Assembly (NCBI RefSeq): GCF_003324675.1
Contig: NZ_CP030918.1
Location: 840,001-872,000 of the forward strand
Reading direction: 5' to 3'
Length of the DNA: 32,000 nucleotides
Origin: Paracoccus suum
GTDB lineage: Bacteria > Pseudomonadota > Alphaproteobacteria > Rhodobacterales > Rhodobacteraceae
The notes below the pieces were generated by a model. That model was not told the origin of the DNA and did not search any database. It saw nothing but the letters and a program-made list of their open reading frames with translations. Shown one piece after another: positions 1-7,603 of this stretch; the first letter of the stretch is position 1, and each line of letters starts with the position of its first letter. The position numbers were made by a program, and so were the translations under genes.

Positions 1-322
1 CTGCCTGTGGCGCGTAAGCCCTCAGAACGGTGATCAGGGCTTGCATGTAGGACAGGCGTGTCATGGGACGCGTGTGGGCCAGCTCGTCCAGCCATTGACG
101 CAACCGATCCATGCTTGCCCGCTCCGCGGGTGGCAGCTTGAGTGCATCGGCGTCGCGAGCCTCGAGCCAGAGCAGCCACTGGCGATAATGCATCCGGCGA
201 GTGTAGAGGGTCGCATCCCTGAGATGGACGAATGCGCCGGGGCTATCCAAGGGGCCCCCTGGGGCAATGAGCGCGGCCCACATGAGCTTGTCCTGTTCGG
301 GCCAGTTCTCCTGCTGGTGCAT
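1..322 (-). CDS. Hypothetical protein, 5' part only (runs off the window); possibly a second recombinase partnering the upstream integrase
   Basis: Hand translation of the minus strand from the ATG at 322, 5 nt after the integrase stop at 328-330, gives an uninterrupted GC3-rich frame to the window edge: MHQQENWPEQDKLMWAALIAPGGPLDSPGAFVHLRDATLYTRRMHYRQWLLWLEARDADALKLPPAERASMDRLRQWLDELAHTRPMTRLSYMQALITVLRAYAPQA. It is absent from the ORF track because it has no stop inside the window. The function is inferred only from the tight coupling to the integrase. Confidence 0.45.
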   Translation of the reverse strand, partial: MHQQENWPEQDKLMWAALIAPGGPLDSPGAFVHLRDATLYTRRMHYRQWLLWLEARDADALKLPPAERASMDRLRQWLDELAHTRPMTRLSYMQALITVLRAYAPQA

Positions 323-327
323 AGAAC

Positions 328-2031
328 TCACCTGCGCCCCTCCTTATGCGCGTTCACAAGGTCGGAAAAGGCGCGCGTGGCGGCGGTCACCTCGAGGCCT
401 GAATAGAGATTGATCGTGTGGCTGATCTCTGAGTGGCCGAGTAGGCGGCGCGCGGCCTCATAGCTTCCAGGGTGCGCGTTAAGCCAGGTCATGACGGCAA
501 AATGCCGGAACAAGTGGGCATTCATATCGATGCCGATTTCCCTGCGAACCCTCTTCCCGATGCGATGCGCGATCTGGCTCGCAGGGATGGGCCCCGCGCC
601 ATCACGGCGGGGAAACAGCCATGGTGTGCCGGGAGGGCAGAGTTGCGGGCAACGCGTCGTGAGGTGGCCGTCGATCATGCGGATCAGGTCACGCGGAAGT
701 TCGAACTCGAGCGGCCGCTCGTTTTTGGTCTCTGACCCCGTTAGTACGAGGAAAACACGCCCATCTCCCGGGCGTTGCAGGTTGTGCTCGAGATGAATGC
801 CCGCGAGGTTCTTGGCGCGGATGGGACAGAAAAGCAGCAACGCGATGGCAATCGCGTCTTCGCGCGCGAGCGCCTTGGTAAATGCGTTTGCCGTGCCTTT
901 TGGCGGATTTGCAAAGAGTCGTTCCGGAAGCCACAGCAACCTTTGTAAATGCTTGTCATCCTGAAGCACGCGGAGCCGGTCTCGGTTCTTTCGGGTCATC
1001 CCTCGTCGCGGCGGCAACGCCAGCTTTTTTGCAAACTCCGCGAGCTTGTCCTGTTTCTCGGCAGGTTGCTCCGTGTCCCTGCCGATACCACGCAGAAGCG
1101 TAGCCATCTCGCTGATCGCGCTTGTGATGTTCCCGTCTGTACGAGTGAGCATCTGGCGCAGGCCGCGCTCGACCATCGTCGGATCCAGGATCGAGCCCAG
1201 CGTCTTGATCTCAGTGGCAGCAACACCGGAATGCAGGAGTTCGGAGGCGAACCGCAAAAGCCGGTGTCTATACTGCTTGACCGTATCTGGTCGGAGCGCG
1301 CGAAGTCGACCGTGTGAAGCGAACGGATCCGGTTGCCCGAGACGATGCATGAGGGCGTCAATCTCTTCGAGCAAAGTCTTTGGCAAGTTCCGTTCGCTGA
1401 GTGTGATCCGCTTCTGACGGGATTCAAGGGGAAGGGTTATCCGCGGCCAAGCGCCAATCTGTTTGACCGCTAGGTTCCAGCCGTTCACCGCTGCGCGATA
1501 AGAAACCTCTGGCGCTTTGCCGATCTCGTTCCGGATCAGAGCCTCGCGATAGGCTTGCGCGTGTTCCACACCTACCTGAGCAGGTCGGACGTCGCGCCGA
1601 TTGAGGAAGTGGACGAAGCGGCACAGAGATGGCTGAAGGGTGGGGCTTCTCGATGCTAGGACCTCTCGCCATAAGGCCTGCCAGTCGCCTGCGAGATCCG
1701 AAATGCCATGTTGGCGCCGTTCCACGATCTCCGCTTGGACCATGGCAGCACGGGCGTCGCTGGTGACGTTCTGCCAAGCCTTGGTGCTAAGGCCATTGCC
1801 AGCGGGGCTGACCCTCGCGAGCCGCGGCTGAAGCCAGGGCGGGTAGCAGGGCACGTCCTCCGGCGCGCGACCCAGTGCCTTGGCCATTCGCCGCAGTCCC
1901 GAGATCAGATCGCGGCGGCGGGTCTGGTCTAGGGTCTCGTCGGCGATCAGACGCGAGATGACATCGGAGAACATCGGCGTCGCCTTGGGGACAAAATCCA
2001 GATCTGCAGCGGCGGCATCAAACGCGAGCAT
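328..2031 (-). CDS. Large tyrosine-type site-specific recombinase/integrase (567 aa)
   Basis: The C-terminal catalytic region is readable: LLLFCPIRAKNLAGI (Arg box), HLFRHFAVMTWL (H-x-x-R), LLGHSEISHTINLYSG (His plus nucleophile Tyr). The long N-terminal extension is typical of island and ICE integrases. Confidence 0.9.
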   Translation of the reverse strand: MLAFDAAAADLDFVPKATPMFSDVISRLIADETLDQTRRRDLISGLRRMAKALGRAPEDVPCYPPWLQPRLARVSPAGNGLSTKAWQNVTSDARAAMVQAEIVERRQHGISDLAGDWQALWREVLASRSPTLQPSLCRFVHFLNRRDVRPAQVGVEHAQAYREALIRNEIGKAPEVSYRAAVNGWNLAVKQIGAWPRITLPLESRQKRITLSERNLPKTLLEEIDALMHRLGQPDPFASHGRLRALRPDTVKQYRHRLLRFASELLHSGVAATEIKTLGSILDPTMVERGLRQMLTRTDGNITSAISEMATLLRGIGRDTEQPAEKQDKLAEFAKKLALPPRRGMTRKNRDRLRVLQDDKHLQRLLWLPERLFANPPKGTANAFTKALAREDAIAIALLLFCPIRAKNLAGIHLEHNLQRPGDGRVFLVLTGSETKNERPLEFELPRDLIRMIDGHLTTRCPQLCPPGTPWLFPRRDGAGPIPASQIAHRIGKRVRREIGIDMNAHLFRHFAVMTWLNAHPGSYEAARRLLGHSEISHTINLYSGLEVTAATRAFSDLVNAHKEGRR

Positions 2032-2195
2032 CGGGAACCTTTCTGAAAGTCAGGGGAAGTCTCGGGTGGACAGGATGGGACAGAACACCCGATTCGGGAG
2101 AACAATACCATGAAAAATCAGATCGTATTCCGTTGGCCCTCTTCCCGACGATTGGCTAACTAATTGGCATAGATGGACAATAAGCGTCGCAGAGG

Positions 2196-2405
2196 TCACC
2201 TGTCCCACGCCCGACGGTAGGCGCGATGAGCGTCCGGATGAATCCTCAGCAACCGGCCAGAAACACCCACGCGCATAGCATCAAGAAGCCCGGCATCGAT
2301 GGCTCGCCGAACCGTCTTCTCTGAGCAGCTGTCAAGCTCCGCGACTTGCTTCACGGTCAAAAGCTGGCGCTCGAATTTGGGCGTGGTGAGATTCGCGGCC
2401 ATCAT
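2196..2405 (-). CDS. Excisionase/AlpA/MerR-type helix-turn-helix DNA-binding protein (69 aa)
   Basis: LTVKQVAELDSCSEKTVRRAIDAGLLDAMRVG is a classic excisionase-family HTH. The gene lies upstream of the integrase and shares an ATGA start/stop overlap (2402-2405) with the preceding ORF. Confidence 0.75.
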   Translation of the reverse strand: MMAANLTTPKFERQLLTVKQVAELDSCSEKTVRRAIDAGLLDAMRVGVSGRLLRIHPDAHRAYRRAWDR

Positions 2406-2671
2406 ACGGCTCCGAGGTTGGCGAGTTGGTGGGGCATATCCTGCGGGTCACGGACGAGGTGACGGGCCAAGAGGCGCGCGATAATCTGAATCGCTTTGTC
2501 ACAGGTCTGCTCGTACTCGGCAGACTGAGACGAAGTTGCTTCTGCGATCTGCTCACGCGGCAGGTTCACCCGGGTGTGCCCGTCCGGTTCGCGCGGAGCG
2601 GAGCTGGGTCCAGAGAGTTCAAATGTGTCGTCGGGAACTTGCGTTACCGGCTCGCGGGTCGTTTGATCCAT
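2402..2671 (-). CDS. Hypothetical protein (89 aa)
   Basis: The ORF is translationally coupled by ATGA to the excisionase-like gene. I recognise no domain. Confidence 0.5.
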   Translation of the reverse strand: MDQTTREPVTQVPDDTFELSGPSSAPREPDGHTRVNLPREQIAEATSSQSAEYEQTCDKAIQIIARLLARHLVRDPQDMPHQLANLGAV

Positions 2672-2799
2672 GAAAAGTTCATGATCCGGCTCGCGCCGCT
2701 CATGCCCTTGATCGGAGCCCCCGCTTTACGCCGGTGACTGATCGTTTCTGGACGAGAGGGAGCGTCCCCATCGCAGGGATCGCGACGAAAAAAAATCCG

Positions 2800-3027
2800 T
2801 CAGCCGGGCAGGTCGTCGAAGGGGATCGTGAATTTGTAGCTCATGCCGGCTTCGATGACGAGTTCACGGCGTTTGTTGTTGCTCACCTCTCCCACGATCG
2901 AGCAGCGGAAGTGACCATGGCGGAGTCCAGCCACGAGGATCTGTTCGATGCACGAGACTGCTTCGGCGAACTGCAGTCCATTGCTCTTGATCGGTGTGTT
3001 GATCGTGCGCATGTCGCTGTTCCACAA
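2800..3027 (-). CDS. Hypothetical small protein (75 aa; may start at the internal Met at 3012)
   Basis: The ORF is on the same strand as its neighbours and has a non-repetitive, protein-like sequence (MRTINTPIKSNGLQFAEAVSCIEQILVAGLRHGHF...). I recognise no domain. Confidence 0.4.
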   Translation of the reverse strand: MWNSDMRTINTPIKSNGLQFAEAVSCIEQILVAGLRHGHFRCSIVGEVSNNKRRELVIEAGMSYKFTIPFDDLPG

Positions 3028-3085
3028 AGATGAAAGAGGTGCGGATGGGTCTCGGGGTGCGGTGATTCAGTCTGGATCACTACAG

Positions 3086-3787
3086 TCATTGCTCGGGGCC
3101 AAGGCTGCTCGGATCGCCGCGCATTCCTTCTGCGATGAGATAGAACTCGCGCTGCGTGAGTGTGCGCACGACACGCATGCCGCGCGAGGCGACCACGTGA
3201 GAACTAATCTCTGACGAAATGGACCGGCTCTCCAGCTCTGCGATGCGTTGCCATCGTTCGAACTCGAGGGAGCGGTCCGCATAGAGCCGCTCGAGTTCGG
3301 CTTCTCCTGCGATGTCGATGTAATCCGCGCGGACTCCCGGCGTATCGATCGACGCGGTGCGGCGCGACCTGTCCACCGAAATGGTGAACGTGGGTTCTAA
3401 AAGATAACTTCCCAGGGCCACGTCACTGTATCTGATGATCCGGCCCGAATCCTGCGCGGCCACGGCCAGTGCGATCACCGCGTCCTCGAATGTGTGCCCT
3501 TCGTGGAGATCAGCTTGGCTAACAAAGTTGTCTTCTGGATAGGGCACCTTCGTCTGGAGAGCCCTGATGAACTCGAACTCTGCCACAACCTTGCTTGGCG
3601 GCTCCCCGGTAAGCAGTGCGACTGAAAGCCGCCCCATATCGGTCGGCGACATATCAGGTGCGTTCACTCCCCTCGCCCCGCTGCTCAGCCAGCCAGCCTC
3701 GCGCATGGCACGCGCAACAAGCGCCACGCTCCGCTCGGGCAGACCGTAGGTGGCGGCGAGCAAACTGATGAAAGGTCCCAGACGCAT
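3086..3787 (-). CDS. Hypothetical protein (233 aa), possible N-terminal winged-helix
   Basis: Clean 233-aa ORF. The N-terminus (LAATYGLPERSVALVARAMREAGWLSSGARG) looks like a wHTH, but I cannot assign a family. Confidence 0.55.
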   Translation of the reverse strand: MRLGPFISLLAATYGLPERSVALVARAMREAGWLSSGARGVNAPDMSPTDMGRLSVALLTGEPPSKVVAEFEFIRALQTKVPYPEDNFVSQADLHEGHTFEDAVIALAVAAQDSGRIIRYSDVALGSYLLEPTFTISVDRSRRTASIDTPGVRADYIDIAGEAELERLYADRSLEFERWQRIAELESRSISSEISSHVVASRGMRVVRTLTQREFYLIAEGMRGDPSSLGPEQ

Positions 3788-4028
3788 GTCTTCTATATGC
3801 GGCGGACGCAGATAGACGTCAATGCCTAAATGCGTACGACGCAGATGGTCCGCGGGAGCCGCTGCCTTCCGCCCAAGCCGCCACTGCAGCTGTCGAGCGT
3901 CCCGCCCCCTGGGCCGCCCTCATCCGATCGGGGCTAAAGAGGAACCAAGCCATGACGTGGGGACCAAGGTGTCACTGGCGCGGACTGGATGCACTGATGG
4001 TTCGTCATGACAATCTGGATGCCGCCCA

Positions 4029-4705
4029 CGACTGGAAGTCGTCCAGCTTCTCGTAGATGCGGCGGTTGTCGGCTCCGCGCGCGTTGAACGCCTGGATGTG
4101 ATCACCATCACGTTGATACCCGCGTCGGACGAAAAGCTTTCCAGCTCGTGCAGGCGCTTGGAATTGTAGCTGAAGAACCGCGCCTTCTTGCCGTCGTAGC
4201 TTTCGGCGAAATGGTCGGCCGTGATCTGCAGCGACTTGTATACCCCTTCGCGAATGGCGATCGACGGCACCATGATGATGAGCTTCGACCAGCCGTACCG
4301 CTTGTTCATCTCGAAAATCGACTTGATGTAGCAGTAGGTCTTGCCCGTGCCGGTCTCCATCTCGACGTCGAGATGAATGCGGGTCGCGGCCAGCGCGTCG
4401 CGCTTGTAGGTGGCCGCGACGGGCACGCGTTCGCCCCCGGCGTTGAAGGTGGTGAAGTCCGTCAGCGACTTCGAGACGGGCAGGTTTTGGCGCCGCTGGA
4501 CCTTCTGGATGTTCTCCAGGATCTGCACGTCGGTCGGGGCCAGGTCGGCGTTCTTGAAACCCTCCTCGAAGGCGCTGGCCTGTGGCTGGCTGCCGGGGTC
4601 GATACGGTAGGTCAGGCCAGAGGTCATGGGCTGGCCGGCGAAGCAGTCGACGACGTCGTTGACGGCATTGGTCTGATAGGGCTGGACCTTGAACTTCAGC
4701 TTCAT
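4029..4705 (-). pseudogene. res: Type III restriction enzyme Res subunit, N-terminal fragment (frameshifted near 4098, truncated near 4030)
   Basis: [19 protein letters not shown]...[44 protein letters not shown] is the characteristic N-terminus and Walker A of type III Res helicase-nucleases. After ...GINVMVI the track frame turns into low-complexity junk. Shifting one nt restores [23 protein letters not shown]. No DEAH box, helicase-C or nuclease domain follows. Confidence 0.8.
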
Positions 4706-4714
4706 GGCGCGCTC

Positions 4715-4921
4715 TCAGATCGACTTGACGTCGGTGGTGGGCGAGAGCTGGCAGAAGATCTGCGTCACGTTGATCTTCACCTCGTCCGACGCGAAGCCGT
4801 TGTCGCGGAAGACGACGCGCAGGGGCTCGTGGCCCGCCAGCTCTTTCACCAGATCCTCGGTGATGCCGCAGTCGAAGCAGGCCGTCGGGTTTTTGCTTTT
4901 GAAATTCTTGTCAACACTTGG
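4715..4921 (-). pseudogene. mod: Type III DNA methyltransferase (Mod), C-terminal tail fragment only
   Basis: Hand translation of the minus strand gives ...NPTACFDCGITEDLVKELAGHEPLRVVFRDNGFASDEVKINVTQIFCQLSPTTDVKSI followed by a stop at 4715-4717, 9 nt before the res ATG. This is the canonical mod-res order and resembles Mod C-termini as I remember them. An in-frame stop at 4922-4924 closes the frame and no methyltransferase motifs lie upstream. Confidence 0.55.
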
Positions 4922-4926
4922 TCAAC
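4907..4926 (+). repeat. Direct repeat, left copy (cttgtcaacacttggtcaac)
   Basis: It matches 20208-20227 (cttgtcaacgcttggtcaag) at 18 of 20 positions. Both copies are preceded by a cgg(g)ttttt tract. The left copy sits exactly where the mod fragment breaks off. Confidence 0.5.
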
Positions 4927-4977
4927 GTTTACCGAGCCCCCCATCGACGGGCAACATGATCGCGCAGAACGCGGCAA

Positions 4978-5835
4978 TCATGCCGCCGCCCTGCATGCCG
5001 GTTCAAGCCAAGCCCAGATCTCCGCAGTGACCTCCGCGAGCGGCCGTCCCTCGAGAGCCGTGCCATCCGAGTAAGCCCGCCATTGCGTCGTCTTTGTCGG
5101 GTCGGTCGAGAACTCCTCCGACAGACCGACAGGGCAGGCGGCTGGAACAATCGTATCGCGTCGAGCGAAGGTTCCTCTGATCGCAGCCGCGAGGTCGTCC
5201 ATGTCGATGTTGACGGCCTTCGGCAGCGTCCCCAGATCATAGAGATCCTTCATCCGGCTGTTCGCCAAGCCCAGCGCCACCACGGCCTGAAACTTCTCGG
5301 CGATGACCGTTGCCGGTGAATAGGCGCGGATCGATGCGGCTGGAAAGTCGAGCAGGGAGCCGTACTCGATCTCGAATTGCGGATCGGGCAAGGCGTCGCC
5401 GAAGCCGAGGTCCACGGTGATCGGAATGCGCGTGTTACCCAAGCGGGCTTCGGTCCGGAGCCGCATCCCGCCATAGATCTGGTCTTCTCGAATGGCGACG
5501 GCCGTCAGGCTTTCAATGTCATAGACCAGCCCATCCTCGCCATCTATGGCGAGTATCTGGGAGAGGACAGTCTTCAGTTCCGCCTCCTCGTCCGAGCCGA
5601 ACGCCAAGAAGTCGATGTCCCGGGTAAAGCGGCCGGTGTCAGCCGTCCACAAGGTGACGAGCATGCCACCCTTCAAGACGAAGCGGTCGCGATATTCGGA
5701 GACCGACAGCCGGTACACCAGTCGTTCGAGGCCGAAGGCCACCAGCACCACATCGAACAGCTGACCTTCAGCACGGGCAAGGTTCAGCAGACGCTGACGC
5801 ACAGACGCCGCGATATCTTTCGGCTGCTTAGCCAT
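4978..5835 (-). CDS. abiEii: AbiEii/AbiGii-family nucleotidyltransferase toxin (DUF1814 type)
   Basis: 285 aa. The N-terminus SVRQRLLNLARAEGQLFDVVLVAFGLERLVYRLS...FVLKGGMLV...RFTRDIDF is typical of AbiEii toxins. It overlaps the upstream AbiEi gene by 8 nt. Confidence 0.9.
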   Translation of the reverse strand: MAKQPKDIAASVRQRLLNLARAEGQLFDVVLVAFGLERLVYRLSVSEYRDRFVLKGGMLVTLWTADTGRFTRDIDFLAFGSDEEAELKTVLSQILAIDGEDGLVYDIESLTAVAIREDQIYGGMRLRTEARLGNTRIPITVDLGFGDALPDPQFEIEYGSLLDFPAASIRAYSPATVIAEKFQAVVALGLANSRMKDLYDLGTLPKAVNIDMDDLAAAIRGTFARRDTIVPAACPVGLSEEFSTDPTKTTQWRAYSDGTALEGRPLAEVTAEIWAWLEPACRAAA

Positions 5836-6448
5836 TGGATGTCAGCGCCTCCAGATAGGGGCGCATCTGGTTCCACGCGCCGTTCTCGCGAGCGGCTGCA
5901 GCAAGCTGGCCTGCCGTTGCCTTCCTGGCGCTTAGCGCGGCCTTCATCGCTTCAATGGCAACCGACCGGTCTACAAGTTTCGGGTTCCGAAATGCGTCGG
6001 CAATCGTCTTGGCTATGGAGTAGACTCGGACCTCCACGTCCCCGCTGCGATGGATCTCGGTGCCATTGGTCAGGTAGGGCTCACGGAAGCGCACGATGCG
6101 GATGCGTGGATATTCGATCTTCGGTGCCCAGTCCTTGGCGCCGATGGCGATCCACACCCGGCGTGGAAGTTGGTCGGTCAGCTGATGAAAGGATAGCGCC
6201 GAGGTCAGGCAGATGACGGCCTTGGGTGCGAGTTTGGCGATCTCGATGAGCCCAGCATGAAGGTCGGGCTCGCTGTCGGGCAGCTGATACAGTCCCCGCC
6301 CGATCCGCACCACCACGCCATCTGCCACCGCCCTCGCGATGGTGGTTCCGCTCACGCCGATGGACGCCAGATCCCTTGAACGGGCTGGCGCATGAACTTC
6401 CATGTAGTCGATCATGTGGGCGCGCTGGCCCTGATCCGTCGCAAGCAT
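5828..6448 (-). CDS. abiEi: AbiEi-family antitoxin/transcriptional regulator (type IV TA)
   Basis: The N-terminal wHTH ...SRDLASIGVSGTTIARAVADGVVVRIGRGLYQLPD and a C-terminal antitoxin domain are present, immediately upstream of AbiEii. The start is uncertain: the ORF is open to 6556, with ATGs at 6448 and 6415. Confidence 0.85.
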   Translation of the reverse strand: MLATDQGQRAHMIDYMEVHAPARSRDLASIGVSGTTIARAVADGVVVRIGRGLYQLPDSEPDLHAGLIEIAKLAPKAVICLTSALSFHQLTDQLPRRVWIAIGAKDWAPKIEYPRIRIVRFREPYLTNGTEIHRSGDVEVRVYSIAKTIADAFRNPKLVDRSVAIEAMKAALSARKATAGQLAAAARENGAWNQMRPYLEALTSNG

Positions 6449-6449
6449 G

Positions 6450-6496
6450 GTTACAAAACCGCGGACAAAAATGCATCCTGTCCTAGGTTTTGTAAC
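6450..6496. promoter_or_regulatory. Perfect 11-bp inverted repeat (GTTACAAAACC, 25 bp spacer, GGTTTTGTAAC); candidate AbiEi operator
   Basis: The arms at 6450-6460 and 6486-6496 are exact reverse complements. They lie directly at or upstream of the candidate abiEi start. Confidence 0.55.
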
Positions 6497-6678
6497 ATTC
6501 CGCTCGGCTTCAGGCAACCTGCGCTGGTGCGCACCCCGCGGCGTCATCAGATTCAATCACCGCAGATTGTGCGGAGATTAGACCCACTATTCTCCGCCCG
6601 ACTGCTCCATAGGCGGATTTTGCCGTTCGATGACCCTTGGAACGGATGGACTACGGATCACGAGAAGCGGCCGAACCG

Positions 6679-6936
6679 TCAAATGCGGTTGGCCGGGATC
6701 ACCTCCGCGGCCGACGACGAATGGTAGGTGGGTTCTGGGGCGCTGACCCCAGCGACAAGTTCCACCTGCAGCTGCGTAAGGGGCGCGGCCTCTTGGCTTG
6801 CCATGTCGCGCCGGATCAGGTCTTCAACATAGGCGCTGACGGATTGATAGGGCCCTGGGTCGCTCACCATCAACGTCAGGACCTCGTGCAGCTCATCATC
6901 GATTTCCAGCGTCATCGTTCTGGGTTGGGCCGCCAT
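6679..6936 (-). CDS. ParD/CopG-like ribbon-helix-helix antitoxin, no cognate toxin gene adjacent
   Basis: MTLEIDDELHEVLTLMV..GPYQSVSAYVEDLIRRD resembles ParD-family antitoxins (RHH followed by a ...LIRRD helix and a C-terminal tail). The 120 nt downstream hold no intact ParE-like ORF. Confidence 0.5.
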   Translation of the reverse strand: MAAQPRTMTLEIDDELHEVLTLMVSDPGPYQSVSAYVEDLIRRDMASQEAAPLTQLQVELVAGVSAPEPTYHSSSAAEVIPANRI

Positions 6937-6997
6937 CCTTTTCTCCTTCCCGCCTGTCAGCTTGAGCCTCGGCGAGTGCGCGGCCGCCGTCCTGCCA

Positions 6998-7243
6998 TCA
7001 TTGGCATGTTCGGACTTGATCGCGCAACACGGCGTAATCGCTGAGCATCCGGACGATTACCGCGCCTTCCGGCATCGCCTCAACCTCGTCGCCCGCCCGC
7101 GCCTGCTCGGCGGCCGTGTAGTCAACCACGGGTGGGCAGGGAGCGCGGGTCTCAGAACCTGCCATCGCGCAGGCGCTCAGCCAGAGCATCGCGATCAGGA
7201 GGGCGGCGGGCGGCGGCGTCGAGCATCTGGCGGTGGATGGCAT
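6998..7243 (-). CDS. Small lipoprotein, Rz1/o-spanin-like
   Basis: Lipobox LWLSAC after a short signal peptide, then a Pro/Cys-rich mature part (APCPPVVDYTAAEQARAGDEVEAMPEGAVIVRMLSDYAVLRDQVRTC). The start lies inside the preceding gene in another frame. Confidence 0.45.
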   Translation of the reverse strand: MPSTARCSTPPPAALLIAMLWLSACAMAGSETRAPCPPVVDYTAAEQARAGDEVEAMPEGAVIVRMLSDYAVLRDQVRTCQ

Positions 7244-7397
7244 CGTTTCTCTCTAGGGCGTCAAGCCGTTCGGTGGCGCGCCCGGCGCGCTCGCCTGCGG
7301 GGCGTAGGTTTATGAGGAACAGCAGGATCGCTGCGGCGGTGAGGATCAGGCCCAGCGCCTTGCGCGCCGGGCCATGGGGGAGGAGCCAGCCGATCAC
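7152..7397 (-). CDS. Type II membrane protein, Rz/i-spanin-like (81 aa from the GTG at 7397)
   Basis: The N-terminal TM segment ALGLILTAAAILLFLI is followed by a charged helical tail ...ERLDALERNDAIHRQMLDAAARRPPDRDALAERLRDGRF. The GTG start overlaps the upstream stop (GTGA at 7394-7397). The 5' part of the 174-aa track ORF looks non-coding. Confidence 0.4.
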   Translation of the reverse strand: MIGWLLPHGPARKALGLILTAAAILLFLINLRPAGERAGRATERLDALERNDAIHRQMLDAAARRPPDRDALAERLRDGRF

Positions 7398-7603
7398 CGT
7401 TGGCCCCGTTTCCAGTCGTCGAGCCGGGCGTGGATGGTGACGACCGTGCCGATCAGCGCGATAGCGATCAGCACCCAGCGCAGCGTGTCGAGATAGGGTA
7501 CCAGCAGCTGGATCGTGGACTGGGTCTCGGCGAGGACGCCAATCACAGCATCCACCCCGGCCGCGCCGTCGGTGGCCGCCCCAGCCGCGCCGCCACCGCC
7601 CAA
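7394..7603 (-). CDS. Small single-TM protein, holin-like (TTG start)
   Basis: 69 aa with a Gly/Ala-rich N-terminus, one TM segment (LRWVLIAIALIGTVVTI) and a basic C-terminus (HARLDDWKRGQR). It is directly coupled to the two spanin-like genes. Confidence 0.35.
   Translation of the reverse strand: MGGGGAAGAATDGAAGVDAVIGVLAETQSTIQLLVPYLDTLRWVLIAIALIGTVVTIHARLDDWKRGQR

Noticed and set aside
41-406. 121-aa plus-strand ORF and 68-aa minus-strand ORF (61-267) at the left edge
   Set aside because: Both conflict with the better-supported, GC3-rich minus-strand frame starting at 322 that is coupled to the integrase.
3920-4028. 3' tail of the 261-aa track ORF (…[33 protein letters not shown]…)
   Set aside because: It is out-of-frame read-through after the frameshift in the Res fragment, not real protein. 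Only 4029-4705 was annotated, as a pseudogene.
4148-5074. 308-aa plus-strand ORF over the res and mod remnants
   Set aside because: It is antisense to sequences with clear Res and Mod similarity. Its Gly/Arg/Leu/Val-rich, low-complexity translation has no motifs.
5377-6216. 279-aa plus-strand ORF opposite abiEii and abiEi
   Set aside because: It is antisense to two genes with strong family signatures and has an Arg/Ser/Pro-rich shadow-frame composition.
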